Assembly (NCBI GenBank): GCA_964234715.1
Contig: OZ174281.1
Reading direction: 5' to 3' (one strand)
Origin: Podarcis melisellensis
Lineage: Eukaryota
DNA length: 64,000 nt
Part shown: piece after piece, positions 1 to 13,969 of the stretch
Numbering within the stretch: the stretch's first letter is position 1
How the letters are laid out: each line of letters begins with the position of its first letter
Made by a program: the position numbers and the translations under genes
The notes under the pieces: model-generated
Seen by the model: only the letters and a program-made list of their open reading frames with translations
Database searches by the model: none
Told to the model about the DNA's origin: nothing

Positions 1-799
1 TTGCTTTAAGTGATTGTCATCTGACAGCACAGGCTGTGCTCTGCATAATCAAAAATGGTCTCAATTTTTTTTAAATGCATGAGTTTTCAATCCTTTTAGT
101 TGGCCAGGATAGAAGTTAAATCTAAAGAGGTGGTTCTTTTCTATGTAGGTTCATATTTAAACACTCAAGCAATCTTCCTATCATTCAGCCCAAATTGGAG
201 AGGGACAACCCGTGATCCTTCTAAAATCTGCCACCTAAAGTGATATACTCCCTTGCCTAACAGTAGAGCTGGCAGTTTCTACTGAAAGCAAATAACAATT
301 TCCTAGCTGTATCGAATTCAGAGTGATAACAAATCCTTGTATGTGATGTTCGGCCGATTCCTATGCATGTTTTCTCAGAATTAAGTACCACTGAATTTAG
401 CCATGAGACTTTAACCATTTAAAATTTCAGATAACATACAGACTGGTTGCAAGCGAAATCTGCAACAAAATTTTGCAGTGGGGTGTGTTTCCTTTCAGAA
501 TTCCAGTCACACGGATACTCCTTTCTCTCTGGTTTTCTAGTCCTTATCTCCAACAGTCCATCAGCATTCTATGGTCACTGAGCACACCTAGTCATCACTG
601 GGCTGTTCTGCAGGGTTCCCTAATATCCTGTTCATAAGACATGTAGATTTGATATATGTTGAGACAGACGGATCAGGCCCCTGGTTGCATTGAAAGACTT
701 GCACAGTATGTTCAGAGAACAGACCAAACACATTTGGGTTTCGTTGGGACATGATCCTGCACACACCCCACCCAGCAAACATTTGGTATATACGCCATG

Positions 800-970
800 T
801 GAGCCATATTCATCCATGAAGCTCACAGGTTGACCTGGGGCTAGTCCCTGTCAGCCTAACCTACCTCACAGGGTTGTTGTGAAGATAAATGAGGGGAGGG
901 TTAGAATCATGAAAAGTACCTTGAGTTCCTTAGAGGAAATGTGGTATATAAACATAATGGAATAAACAAA
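800..970 (+). mobile_element. CORE/MIR-like squamate SINE fragment
   Basis: CCATGAAGCTCAC..CAGCCTAACCTACCTCACAGGGTTGTTGTGAAGATAAA core and A-rich tail. Confidence 0.7.
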
Positions 971-3900
971 CAGATGAAATGTAATCTGAAAACAGACAGC
1001 CTCGATGTATTTCTTACATTTAGATTTGCCTTCATAACCACTACTCATCATGTGGTTTGCAATTTAGCCAAGCAAAAATCATGGAGGGCACAGGACTTAG
1101 GTACTTATTTGCTATCTGTGGAGTTCCCTGCAAAGTGTGAGGACCATGCTCTTTAGTTAACTCTGTATGGCCTACTTACAATCAAGTTGTGCCAAATGCT
1201 TAGGAGGATTTGTGGTGTTGAAAACTGTATTTCCACTACATTAAAGCAAACATGACGTACTTCAAACAGCAGTGATCAGGCAATTTTACTGCTGCTGTTT
1301 AGTGTTACAGCCTGTTGTTAATAGTTTTATAGTCCTTTTCCTGCGTTAATAAAGTGCATTTAATCTCTTTACTATGGAACATCAAGAGATCAGCCATGCT
1401 GCAGGGTTGCTTGCAGGCAAAGTCTGTTGCATAGTAATAAAGGCTGATTTGCAGGACTTCAGTTTTTTAAAAGTTGATGGGAACAGAATAAAACTGGATT
1501 GGTATTGGTAGGGCTGTGCAGCTTTTTAAAAGAAGATCCCAGAATTGTTGGACCTAACCCCAAAATAGTGATTTGAAGCTTTCTGAGCTGTTTCCAGTGC
1601 TTTTTCTATCACATTACCATACATCTGGGTTTACCTACTAACACAGCCAGCCACTTAAAAAGCCCATTGTGGATGAAAAGCAAAATATAAATATAATTTA
1701 TGAATTAATGGGCAATATTTGCCTAGTCCTGTTAAATGCGGAGGGGGTGTTGATTGGCTGCACCTCTTGCAGATTAAACTGCATCCTTTAAAAAGAGGAT
1801 GGGGACTTTATATGGCAGGGGAAGGCTTTCTAACTCCTCATGATGGCAAAGGTGTTCAAGCTTAGCTTAGTGCTGAACCTTGGAGCTCACCACCAGAGTT
1901 CGCAACCAGACCTCACAAATAGGGACAAGGATTGCAGAAGGAGACTGAAGAGAGTGAGCTTGTGTCTTCTGGAGCCTCAGAGTGTGTGTGGCTGATTGCT
2001 TTGTGGGAACACAGGATCTGAGGGGGAGGCGTTACAGCTAAGAGGAAGCCAACTGAGATGGGAGTTAGCAACCAGCAGCAGTCAAACTTAGCACAGTCCA
2101 GATCCTGGGAGCTTGCAAATAGACCTCGTAAACAGGGGCGTTTGCAAGGGCGTTTAGCAGGAGAGTTTAAGGGGGAGGACCAGAGTTCTGTCTCTTGGTG
2201 TGTATAGGACCAGAGACATGGAGGGTGAGGGAGCTGCTGCAGTGACCTGTAACACCTGTGCCATGTTTGTAATAGTACACTTGTAGCAAGTGCAAGCTGG
2301 ATGATGACTCAAATGCTCCTATACTTACTTACATGGGAGTAAGTCCCACTAAACTCAATAGGACTTTGGGGGGACAAGGATTGCAGCATCAGTGAACTGT
2401 GAGGCACCCATAGAAATATTGACATTGTGCAAATGAAGGTCAACATGAGCACAAACTTCCCCATCCTCTTCGATGTAAAGGAATGTATCATGTATACAGT
2501 GCGCATTTGACTCATTTCCCAGTCTTGAGGGTTATGGTGCAGCCTTCCTTCCATGCACTTCCATGGGGCCCTGTGTCTAGGCAGATTATTTCAGTAATGA
2601 AATAATGAAATCAAGGCATAGAAGGGCCTTTCAGCCCCTAAATCAATCGATTCAAGATTAGTCCATGCTGGTAAAATTATTATCATATGACAGCCTTGCT
2701 TAGGCATGTGTGTGCGCGCGCGTACACACAAAGAACATTGTGTTCTCTCAGACCAGTTATGATGTCTATATACTGCATTGAGAATCAAAGGCAGTGTGCT
2801 TCTGAACACCAGCTGCTGAGGAACAATAATGGGAGGCAGCTATTGGCCTCATATCCTCTGTGGGAAGAGGATGATGGACCAAATAGGCCTTTGGTCTGAT
2901 CCATCATAACTCTTAATGTTAGTCACCCCTAGAGACAGTCTTTTAAATAAATAAACAGGTACACAAATTGGGTGGCAGGGAATCAGTTTTCAATAACATG
3001 TCAGCATTGGATGTGTGTGTTTGTTTGTGTGTGTGTGTGTGTGAAATAAATCAAAATATTCATTATTGCTATTCTCAACACATATTCTCAATATAAAATT
3101 TCTACAAGTTAAGCCACTCATAGCTGCAGTACAGAAACTGATTGCTGAATAACCCTGAGAACATAACAAAATGTACTTGAGTAACCTTGTGAAGTGCAAT
3201 ACAGGGAAGTCTATTCCACCTTCAGTACCTGTTTTGGTTTGATGTACAAATACCTAACATCTTTGCCCTCAGGGTCATTTCAGTAAAGTGAGGTTTAAGC
3301 AAGGGTTTTAGTCTATAATTAACTAGCTCTTATTTTGCTGTCCTTTCCAGAATAGCTAGTTTCTCGGGTGAACATAGTAATAATGCTAGAGCTGTTAACC
3401 TTTCCAGAGATTGTATTACATTTGATCCTTTATGGCAAAAATCCTTCACTTGAACTCCACGGGAATTACTTCTAGGTAGGCATATATAGGAATGGACTGA
3501 TTTGGTCCCCCAGCTATCACCTTGTGTTCCTTGTGACTGACAGTGCCTCTGACTCACTGACATTATGCACAAAGCGCTGTACTTAAGTCCAGGCACAACC
3601 AATTACAGTGAGTGAGTAACTCTAAATCACTTGTAACATACATTTTACTGTTCAGTTTGGAAACTTATTGCCCTCCAGATGTTGGACTACAGCTCCCATC
3701 ATGCTTGACTGTGGCCCAGTTGACTAGGGCTGATGGGAGTTGGAATCGAACATCACCATTGGAGGAGGAGAAATAGTTTTCTCATCTACCTTAGTGTTTC
3801 CATTCTCAAGGGGGCTTCAGCTAAGGCTGAACAATGAATAAAACAGTAAAATTAATTGGTAATTCAAAACAAATTGTATAGCAATCAAACAGTAGAATAT

Positions 3901-5176
3901 GGGTTTAAAATCCAAGTCAACGAAAAATTCCTCACCTAGAACTAGGTACTGGGTGAGCTTCCCTGGGGGGAGCATTCCATAGGGTGGATGCCACAATCAA
4001 GAAGTCTCTCTCCCTACGGTCACTGCCTGCACCTCCAGAGGCAGAAGAGCCAGAAAAAGGCCTCAAAGGATGACTGTAATGTAGTCACAGGTTATTGTGA
4101 AAGCAGAAGGGCATTCAGATACCCAGATCCAAAGCCATAGGGTTAAACACTCAGCAAACTATCATGGCAGCTTTGAACTGAAACACACAAACACCCCACC
4201 CAAAATTCTGATTACAAATCTATGTCATGTCCAGTTTGGCCCTAGTAATAAATGAGGGCTCACACAATATTGACTCTGGAAAGAGATTGTACATACTGTA
4301 CTGGGGAGAGTGTTTGTTTCTAACATCTGATATAGCATCCCTGAGAAATACAGTTTTGTAATCTGAAAGGTTTTGCCACATGTGCTTGGGAAAATAAATG
4401 ACTGTAATATGTGTTTTAGGAGTGGGACTGATACAAGTCTTTGTTTCCCTTTGTATGCCTGAACATGAAGGACTCTTCCTCAATTAAGTGTATTAAATGT
4501 GTGCATTCAAGCACAATAATTTTCATGTACGTTCAAGTGACAGCATTATCCATGGGCAACAGCTGGGTTAGGGCTCTTAATGCTTAGATAAGCTTTAGTC
4601 AAAGGCCTTCATGCCTTCCCTCCATTCTCAAGACACTGGAGGTCACAATGCTGGCTTATTTGTTTTTCTAAGGAAAAGCCAGTTCACGAAGCTGAAACTG
4701 GAAGAGAACTGTTTGTGTTTATATGTGCTTGATCCTTTCCCCTCTTGATATCTGTCGGCTTAAAATAATCCCCAAGTCACTTTCCTACCCACAGGGGGAA
4801 GGATATGGAGACACCTTATATCTTCCTTTTCAGGGGGAAAAAGCAGCTGAAGGAAAATAGTAAAGCAGCCTCATCCTGATAGCTGTCCAATTCCAACGTC
4901 TTGTTTCATTCTGCATCTATTTCAAAGGGGAGGCTGTGACAGGGGATCTGCCTGCCATCCTTTTTCAAATGTTAAATTAAATATGGGGAACCTGTGGCCC
5001 TCTTGTTGCTGGGTTCCTGCTCCCACCACCCCAGCCAAGATTTATCTCAGTCCATTTAATATCTGTATGTGGAGTGGTACCATCTTGTCCTTTGCCTCAG
5101 CCAGCAAAGTATCTTGGGGCTGTCCTAGGCAGGAGTATGTGAGCTGGAATTAGGGGGAACATAGAGCAGCTATTCA

Positions 5177-5535
5177 GGGACACAGGTGGCGCTGTGGTCT
5201 AAACCACAAAGCTTAGGGCTTGCCGATAGGAAGGTCGGCGGTTCGAATCCCTGCAACGGGGTGAGCTCCCATTGCTCGGTCCCAGCTCCTGCCAACCTAG
5301 CAGTTCAAAAGCATGTCAAAGTGCAAGTAGATAAATACTTCCAGCAGGAAGGTAAATGGTGTTTCCGTGCGCTGCTCTGGTTTCGCCAGAAGCGGCTTAG
5401 TCATGCTGGCCACATGACCCGGAAAAACTGTTTGTGGACAAACGGCGGCTCCCTCGGCCTATAGAGCAAGATGAGCGCCGCAACCCCAGAGTTGTTCACG
5501 ACTGGATTTAACTGTCAGGGATCCTTTACCTTTAC
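5177..5535 (+). mobile_element. Sauria SINE
   Basis: tRNA-like head (GGTGGCGCTGTGG, GGTTCGAATCCC), Sauria body, (ACCTTT)n tail; near-identical to three other copies in the window. Confidence 0.92.
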
Positions 5536-5583
5536 AGTGGTACCTTGGGATCACAGACGCTTCAGGTTACAGACCCCGCTAAC
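5535..5583 (+). mobile_element. Truncated third copy of the same MITE, abutting the Sauria SINE tail
   Basis: CAGTGGTACCTTGGG..GCTTCAGGTTACAGACCCCGCTAAC matches the left end of the family. Confidence 0.7.
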
Positions 5584-7794
5584 ACTCCTCTTTAATTGTT
5601 TCTTGTAGAGAAAGGGATTAACAAGGGGCTTAAGGCAAGTTTCCAGTTCACTGCTGCACCCCTTTTAGAAAAAAAAATGTCACAGCCTGTAAAACAGATT
5701 GCTAAAGAATCTAGCAGAGGTTCCTTTCAGGAGGTAATACTAATCTACTAAAACAGGGGTGTACAGGTGATGAGCATACTTTGTTCAACTTCTGCAGCCT
5801 GCATGGTTTTTCCCCCCACCTGCACCAGGCTTTTGTCATGTTGATGAATTATTGTATTATGAGTGCAGAGAGGCAGTATGTCAACATGCTATGCTAGGGC
5901 AAATGAATAATGAGATCTTAAGCAAAAGGTGAATAAGTAGGGAGTGGTGCTTGTAAATGGAAACAGGATATGCTTCCTTTAATACTGCTGCAAAAAGAGT
6001 GTTGACACTATGCTCCAACAAAGCCACTATTACAGTTTCTGATGGTGCCACTTAACTCTCATGAAAAGCTGTCTTTCCTGGATTAGTACAGCAGCTCTGA
6101 TGATGGTATTCATGGTAGGTGTATTAGGGGCTTGTCATCTTGTGTAACCGCTTGCTTAGATCCATAGGCTGCCTCATGCCAGGGGCTCAGGGAGGATACT
6201 CAGAGAATCATCCATCTGGAAGGGCCAGAAGACCATCAGTTCAATGCAATCGTACAACAGGGCAAAACCAATTACAGTGGTCACTTCCTCTTTCAGCTTA
6301 CCAAAGGTTAGGTCTTACCACAGCAGCATCCAATGGTTTGTTGAAATATGCTGTTGAATTACCATGCTTTGGCTTATCTGTACACATGTTAAACTGGCGC
6401 TGCTTTTTTGCGGGCTATAGAGGGGATCTGTACTTCAGCTGACTTTGCAAACGAAAGCAAGGAAATGGACCAGAGGAGGCATGGAAAAATAATAGGATAG
6501 ATAATTACTAGTCACAGCTGCAAATAGGCACTTGTTTAATGGTGCACTATGCACACATAAATGTGACTATCCCTTTTTTTTAGGAGCTGGATGCTTCCCT
6601 ATATATTATGCAAAGTGAAACAAGCAGAAAGAGAAGGCAAGGTTAGAAAGCAAGTTGTATAGGTTGCATTGCTGTGACTCCTTTTGCTCTCGACAAACAT
6701 GACTTGTGAACCATGTGGTTGAACTTCAGTGCTATTGAGCAAACGAGGAAATGGTTTGTGGAAGTAAAGTATGAATGCTAACACTAATCCAAGCCACAGA
6801 GCTGATAACGAGCAGCAAGTTTTTCTATGGGAGTTTTTTTGGAGCTAACAGGACCAGGATGAGGAAATTAAGAAGTGGGCAAAAGGAGGAAACCTCCCAA
6901 ATGTTACTGGCCAGGTAACAGGACGGTTAATTACTTTTATGGTTTTATTAATTTATAGACAGGGTTGTACCTCTTTCAACTTATTATTAAAACAATACAT
7001 ATCCTATTGGGTGCCACAGTGATAGGAGGTGCTAATATTCTAGTGAGGAAGGGATTCTTAGCAAAGTCCAAGTATCTATGAGCAATGAGTGGTACCCAAC
7101 TAAGTCGGCGCACGCCCACTGAAACAAATGGAATTATGTTATTCATAATTATTTAAGTCCACTCCTTTCAATGGGTCTACCGTGAGAATGACTGGAAATA
7201 TACTGATTCCTTCATCCCTGCATTATACAGGTGTAAGCTGGCTGCCAGCATGGCAGGACCATAGGATTACTAAACTGGTTTCTGAAATGTATGTGTTTCT
7301 CATAAGAAACATCATCTTCTTTAAAATACGCAATTGATGGTAGAATTGAGTGTATCATTGCAGCCCACATTGCTCAGGTATTTCTTAATTGTTATTTTTT
7401 TAAGTGGGCTGGTATAAAGGTAAAAAAGGTGGAAGGAAACCCTGAAAAAATGGCAGTCTAAGATGTAGATAAATCATGAACCAGTTGAATTTTCTAGACG
7501 TGTGAAAGAATACCTCTGGTTGCAGATCTTGCAGTCTCCAGACTGAAACACTCACGGAAGATCAAACTACCTTCATTTTCTCCACACACACAAAAGGGCA
7601 CAGCATCTTTCTCACTTCTGTTATTATAGGAGGAAATTATACCACATAGAGATATTTTATGCATATTAAGTAAAAGATAGTGGGCTGAAACTTATTGTCC
7701 TTATTCAGCCAAATTATTTTGATTAAAGTTGTTCAAAATAGTGCCATGTGTAAATACAATAAACATACAGATATTTTTTTAAAAGCAAATTGCA

Positions 7795-7800
7795 TTTATT
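7795..7800 (-). terminator. LAMA3: Probable LAMA3 polyadenylation signal AATAAA (3' UTR about 580 nt)
   Basis: First canonical AATAAA I found on the minus strand after the stop codon, followed by GT/T-rich sequence. Confidence 0.6.
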
Positions 7801-8361
7801 TGGCCATAGAACTCTTAAAACTGTAACTTCTTGGATTCCATTCTTTTAAAGTGCTTCATATTCAGGTTTATATTATTTTTGTCAAATGCACACTTATAAG
7901 AAAGATCTGGTTCAGCAATCCAACATAATTGTCTATTTTTATAAAATTCTGCCAACGAGGTCAGATTCTGGTTGTAATCCAAAGATTTTTCATTTCTAAT
8001 TTGGGTAGTGCTTGTCATGTCAGGTGCCTCAGGACTGGCCTTTTATGTCAATACAAGTGTTTTAGTTATGCACAACTGTGGCTGAGAACAAAGTCTCACC
8101 TGATTGTATTATGTACAACAGCATTTTGTATTTCATGTGGCTTTATCATATGGAATGAATTGTACCCAGCAAAAGCCAAACAAAATATCAAAGCATCTAA
8201 CAATGGTGGCCCAGACCACAATTCTGAAAAATATATACATCCTTAAACCATGTTAGAAATAAGTGGCAAGAATAACACACAGTTTAGAAGAGATGAAAAC
8301 ATATTGTGGCATTCATACAGTACATTAAGGAGATTTCATCCTGAGGAGATACATGGGGAAT

Positions 8362-8507
8362 TTAATTGACAGGGCACCCTTGCAAGCTGACAACACCATG
8401 AACATCTGAAATTTTGCTCACTAAAACAGGTTTGTCATTAATTGAAACACCCTTCAGACAGCCAAGGAACACGTCCTGAACAGGAAGCCACGGTGTTGCC
8501 AAATTTA
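8362..8507 (-). CDS. LAMA3: LAMA3 terminal coding exon A38 (LG5 end), NLATPWLPVQDVFLGCLK...VSLQGCPVN*
   Basis: 146 coding nt, cag|TA ... AAT TAA; typical laminin-alpha C-terminal GCP motif. Confidence 0.95.
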
Positions 8508-9419
8508 CTGTAAAGAGAAAGGATAAAGATAAGTTGAATACAGCACATTGCGGTTTGGTACAGAATTGTAGAAACTGCAGTTTTTCTTTATCAGTAGAAG
8601 TGGAATGAAATCAGTATATGCCTATTCCTATTCAAAATAAACTTATATAATGGCTATTAAAAATTACTTGGAATTCATCTATGTTTTGCAACAAATGTTA
8701 ACATTTTACAAAGGCTCTCTTTCCAGTCCCACTGATTGGACAGCTTTAGAAAGATTAATACAGAACTCTCTAGTCAAGTATCTTCTCTTGCCCCCTCCCC
8801 TTCTACCTAAACTCCCTGGCTGTGGTCCTGTTCCTATCTATTTTCTTCCTGACTGGCCTCTTGGCTTGACAATGCTATATTCCCTTGCAAGCATCAAGCT
8901 CCCATGGAACTGGCTGGAACTTTGAAGTTCTTTGTTGGGATGACTTGTGTGTCTCCTCCAAAATCTTGGAAATGCATCATTTGCCCCTGGAGGGAAGCCA
9001 CAACTGACACCAATGATGATCAGCTTCACTTCTGATATAAATAGCAGCTTTCTTAAGGTAAGGCCACTTGTCACTGGGGATAGCTGGGGTAGGGGGAAGG
9101 ATTAAACCTTTTCTTCCCCCTTCTGTGGTCCTGCTGCTTTTGTCCCCATGGCTACTATTTACACTTTTTAAAAAAATAATAATTGCATTTTCATTTCATT
9201 AATGTGCATGTTATCTGCATTAATGTAATTAACTTCTCATCTAGTTTGGCCTTCAAAGAGAAAGGCTTATTCATAAGGAATGAGAAAGAGATTCTACTTT
9301 CTTTTGACCGAATGCGGTTTTTCCAGATAGAAGGTTGTCACATTCATTACATACATTTCTTTAAAAAATAATAAAAAAGTTAGCAGTACTGAAAGATTAA
9401 CCAGAAAGAGTCTTCCTAC

Positions 9420-9539
9420 CTGGAACTCTCCCAAAATAAAGTGGTTGAGCATGGCTGGTGGAGAGCATAGCTGATGGTCCAGTGGTGGAGTTAATCTTTG
9501 CATCTACTTCGAGGTACACAATGTTCTGTTTCCGAGTTA
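9420..9539 (-). CDS. LAMA3: LAMA3 exon A37 (LG5), TRKQNIVYLEVD...QPLYFGRVP
   Basis: 120 nt, tag|TA ... G|gtagga, phase 1/1. Confidence 0.93.
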
Positions 9540-10407
9540 CTATAAACAATCACATGAATCACATGCCTTTCATTAAGACATTCCTCAGTTTCAGTCACAG
9601 TAATACTTCACTTATATCCTTTCTCCTTGGATTGATCGATCTATCTATGAATGAAAATCTTTCCTCACCTACAATTCCAAGACACCTATTCTAGACAAAT
9701 ACAATATGTCTGGAGGTAGCCATGTTTAAATATTAGCCTGGTGGTGGTTGCTAGCCCTTTTCTCCCTGAATTACCTCTCCGCATGCAGCTTTTACCCCAA
9801 ACCTGTTCACCTTGCAACCGTAGGTCTGAAAACCCTGGGGGGGAGGAACAGCTGGGGGTGGGAGGATCTAAGGAAAATAGGGTAGAATAGCTACATATTA
9901 CAGCTGTAGTGTAATATGTAGTTTGGAATGCAGGAATGTTATTTGCAGTACTGTATAGTTTATTTCATTGTTATTCCAGTGAGAAAAGCATGTGGGAAAG
10001 CTGCTACAGAGAAAAAGAGCAAATATGACTCCACCAATCCACCGTCTAATGTTACTTAATAGATCTGTTAACCAAAGCAATAAATCACCTTGCTTTAGAA
10101 CAATCCTGCTGTAGTCCCACTGAAATCTATGGGGTTACTCTTAGATTATTCTGAACTAATTTACAGATTGTGTTCATAACACGTGTATAGTCAGAATTCA
10201 TATCAAGCTAAACTGAAAATGCACACAAATACATCTTAAACAGATACAAATTAAGTTATGCATTTAAAGAAAATTAGTTAAAAATGCATTAGAAATTCAG
10301 TTAGTCATCTTTAAAAAGCATGAAGTGCTACTTTTTTTTAGAGCTCAGCAATGTCTGACTCTCATTTTCTTGCCTCTAAAGAACTGGTGAATGAGATTGC
10401 ATAGTAC

Positions 10408-10501
10408 CTGCTACGGAGTGCCATTTTCCATCACACAGAGACTGCTGAGGCGTGACTGACGTTGAGAACTCTCCAGCACCATTATTACCAGAGGCAGTGA
10501 G
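10408..10501 (-). CDS. LAMA3: LAMA3 exon A36 (LG5), LTASGNNGAGEFSTSVTPQQSLCDGKWHSVA
   Basis: 94 nt, cag|CTC ... G|gtacta, phase 0/1. Confidence 0.95.
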
Positions 10502-11160
10502 CTGTGAAAACAGACATCTTTTAAATTAGCAGCAACAAAAGGAATAAAATAAAAGCATGGACACAAGAAAATGTGACGATGAAATATTTGCTGAGCCTGA
10601 TTAATTTAACCAATGCTTTTAGGGACGGTTGTCTCACTTGTAAACCCTAGATTGCTATGCTGTTGATCTTTGGGTATACTTCCAATCCACAGAAATGCCA
10701 AGAAAGTGAGTTTTATATTCGGTGCATTACTTTGGTGAAAAGGAGGTAGCCATGTTAAGAGTTTTCTAGGTGGTTATGGCTAAGTTGAAGCTGATTTAAT
10801 AATTTATACTGACATCACAAGACTTTGGCTTACACTGCCCTTGACAATGCCAGTGTCTGCAGTGAAACTTAGATTTTGCCCATTGTCAGATGTGTCCCAT
10901 ACTGCTGCCCTGTACCACAAAAATATATAGGAACCATGAAAACTGAGCCAGGTTCTATTTGCACAACTCCATCTCTTCATCTGCATAGTCCATCACCAGT
11001 TCCATTTGTCATGCTTGAATGTGACAGAAGTCTGGGAGCTGGCTTTTGTAAATACTGATACTAGATCTTAGTAGTTCAAAGTAGATGCTCCCTTCCCCTC
11101 ACCCACTCTGTCTTCACCAAATCGGGGGGGGGGGCGGAGGAGAGATGGAATCACACCTAC

Positions 11161-11291
11161 CATGCCGCCTTCCATGTACACAGTTAAATAGTTCCTCTGT
11201 TTGCTGCCAGTATGAATTAAAATGCCATTCAAGCTTCTTGAACGAATCTTAAATACAATCCTATAGTCCAAGCTCAATGAAAAAGCATTTT
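11161..11291 (-). CDS. LAMA3: LAMA3 exon A35 (LG5), NAFSLSLDYRIVFKIRSRSLNGILIH...YMEGGM
   Basis: 131 nt, cag|AA ... ATG|gtaggt, phase 1/0. Confidence 0.94.
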
Positions 11292-11543
11292 CTGTGAAGC
11301 AAAAAGAATTGGGAAAACATGTTAAAGGGGATGCCAGCTCTATACTGTACATTGTTACTTGCTACTAAGATGTGTATGTGTTCCAAGAGTCTTTTCTTTT
11401 AAGATGGTTATTATATAGTCCCCCATTCTGTAAGATGTCCCTGGTCCCAAAAGGGTTCTGACTGAATGCACAACCTCTGAATCTCTGTTCTGATTGAATG
11501 CACAGCTTGTGTTCAGAACCAACTATTTCTGCACCATACTTAC

Positions 11544-11703
11544 CAATGACAATATGCCCCCCTTCGTTGAAGAAAGAGATCCCATTCTCCAAAACATTAT
11601 CCAAGCAAGGCAGAACACCGCTGTTCTGATGGTATGTACGCATGTGCTTTCCTTCCACGTTAAAGTTTCTCAGGCAACCTGCAAAACTCTTTCTTGGTAT
11701 ACT
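11544..11703 (-). CDS. LAMA3: LAMA3 exon A34 (LG4 end, LG5 start), SIPRKSFAGCLRNF...FFNEGGHIVI
   Basis: 160 nt, cag|AGT ... G|gtaagt, phase 0/1. Confidence 0.95.
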
Positions 11704-12514
11704 CTGGAAATATAAATTCAACACAGATTATGATAATATTTACTTGAACAATGCATCACTCCATGCTGGCTGGCCTAGGAGCAGATGCCTAAATAGATCA
11801 TGCAGTTTTTAGGCTATCTTGAAATGTCAAAATCTCTAGAGCTATATGTATTCTAACTTTACAAAGGAATCAGGGTCAGGCTAGAACATTGGTGAGGAAC
11901 CTGTGGCCCTCTAGTTGTTGCAAAATGAAACTTGTGCATCCATATTTCTCAGTGGGAGTCAAGTTGGAAGGTGACATGCCAGTGACCATCTTGGCTGTGA
12001 GACCTAGAAGACCAGCTCCCTACCTTGCAGGCCTTTTCTACCTAGTCTGGGAGGGTGGAGCCCTGACTGACTCCAGCTACAAAAGCTGAGGCTGCTGAAG
12101 AGGCCAGAGACCATCTTGGCTGTCTCTTAGTGCAGACCCAGGGCACTGAACCTCAGCTTCCACAGCCACCACCTGCCATGAGCCACCATTGGCAGAACTG
12201 GCAGCAACAGACATGTTCTATGCTTCTGATAATATTTTATTCACTTGTTAATTATGCTGTTTTAAAAGTGCATTTTGTATTTGATTTCCTTTAGTAAAGT
12301 TTTATTTTTAAATATTTTCCTGTTTCCTGTTAATTATGTTGCTTTGAATGTATACTTTTTAAAAGTTCTTCAGTAATGTTTTATTCTGGATTGTTTAATT
12401 TTATGTTTTAATGTGTTGTAAACCACTTTGAGATTTTTTTTCCCTCTTAAAAAGATAAAGTAGTAAAAATAATAATGCAATTGTCACAGATTGGAAGTAC
12501 TCCGTGTGAGAACT

Positions 12515-12627
12515 TTGTTGTTGTTTAGTCGTTTAGTCATGTCTGACTCTTCATGGCCCCATGGACCAGAGCACGCCAGGTACTCCTGTCTACCACTGCC
12601 TCCTGCAGTTTGGTCAAACTCATGTTA
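12515..12627 (-). mobile_element. Bov-B 3'-end fragment (extremely 5'-truncated insertion)
   Basis: Matches the 3' end of the 46.5-kb copy; 11-bp TSD GTGTGAGAACT at 12504-12514 and 12628-12638. Confidence 0.9.
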
Positions 12628-12995
12628 GTGTGAGAACTAGACTGCCACTATTTTCAGGTGGCATTCAAACACACACCAGCAAATTCAGGTTGTGCCATTA
12701 TAGCTGATTGGGATGTCTTGTGCAACAAGCCCACTTCCCCAAAAGATTGGATTTTTTATGATAAGGAAGGTATAGGGAAAATGCACTGGAAAACTAGCAT
12801 TAACTAAACTAACCTCCTTAATGAATGCTCATTAAGTATTGTCATCTAATATGCCTACAAACAAATCAAGATGAATGCTGAATAAGCAGGTCATCTGAAA
12901 CCACCCCTGATTTTATGCAGCTGGAAAAAGAAAATGTTACCTGCCTTGAGCCAACCACATCTAAGTCCACATCAACTGAAACACCAGCTTTTTAC

Positions 12996-13136
12996 CTGAA
13001 TTTTCAATGAAGGAACCCCTCCTAGGTAGATCGGTGACTCAGTCATGGCAAAGAAGGAAGGTTCTGTGTTTACTTCCCGAGCTTTCAGACCATCAACAAC
13101 AAGTCGTACTCTCTTTCCAGCTCTGCTGAACACCAC
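12996..13136 (-). CDS. LAMA3: LAMA3 exon A33 (LG4), VVFSRAGKRVRLVVDGLKARE...IYLGGVPSLKIQ
   Basis: 141 nt, aag|GTG ... CAG|gtaaaa. Confidence 0.94.
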
Positions 13137-13610
13137 CTTTTCAGAAAACAAGCACAGTCTTAAACAAATACACCTAAGTTAAAAAAAATAAAGCAGTGCT
13201 AAATGTCATCTTGGAGTAACACATAACTGCTTTTTTCATGCTAAGTGGTAACAGGACTGTGCCTTTTTTCAACTATTTTGAAGTGTAGCATTCTATGGGG
13301 GACACATAACTAACCTTCACCTGGCATTGTCCACACATTCTGAAATATATATTCACAATGATGAGGGCTGGACGCTTCAGTTGGTGACAGTAATGCCTGA
13401 GTGGATGTTAAATAAACCAATTTGCTGCCATGTAGTCATCTGGCAGTTCCTTAATGTGGAGAGTATGAGAGATTCTCTGTGTTTTAAATTTCACCAGAAA
13501 TTGATCTGAACTAACCAGCCACAGAAGGAGAGGGGAATGAGAGGCAAATCATGGATTGGGTTCCAGTCAGATACCCCCAGCAGATGGCATGAAAATAAAG
13601 TGGTTTGGAC

Positions 13611-13803
13611 CAGTGGTTCCCAATTAGCTAAATACTGTGGCCCCCCTGTTTTTCAAAAGCCAAGACATGGACCCCCTACTTTTGAAAAATTTGATATCTC
13701 TGTGGTAGTTTTTGTGGGTCTACGACAGCGGGTCCATGACACAATTCTCATGTAGGTTAAGCAAACTCCCTGGGGTCCATGGACCACCAATTGGGAGCCA
13801 CTG
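13611..13803. mobile_element. hAT (Charlie-like) MITE
   Basis: 15-bp TIR CAGTGGTTCCCAATT (1 mismatch) and perfect 8-bp TSD GTTTGGAC. Confidence 0.88.
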
Positions 13804-13969
13804 GTTTGGACAATAATTGTATCACTAGACTTTGCTGCTTCTTCTTCCCACCATGGTAGTGGTAGCTTTTGTCCACAAGCTGCCTCCTTCAGAGTTAGAC
13901 ATCTGTCACAATGGCTGCCCTATGCACTAAATGACTGAATCCTTTAGCCTAGGCAGATTTCATACTCAC

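Noticed and set aside
5186-5464. Recurrent similar short ORFs (also 39342-39569 and 44875-45063)
   Set aside because: Chance translations of Sauria SINE copies.
1-7700. A second gene downstream of LAMA3 (for example the syntenic neighbour TTC39C)
   Set aside because: No recognisable coding exon or CpG island; the short ORFs lack homology cues.
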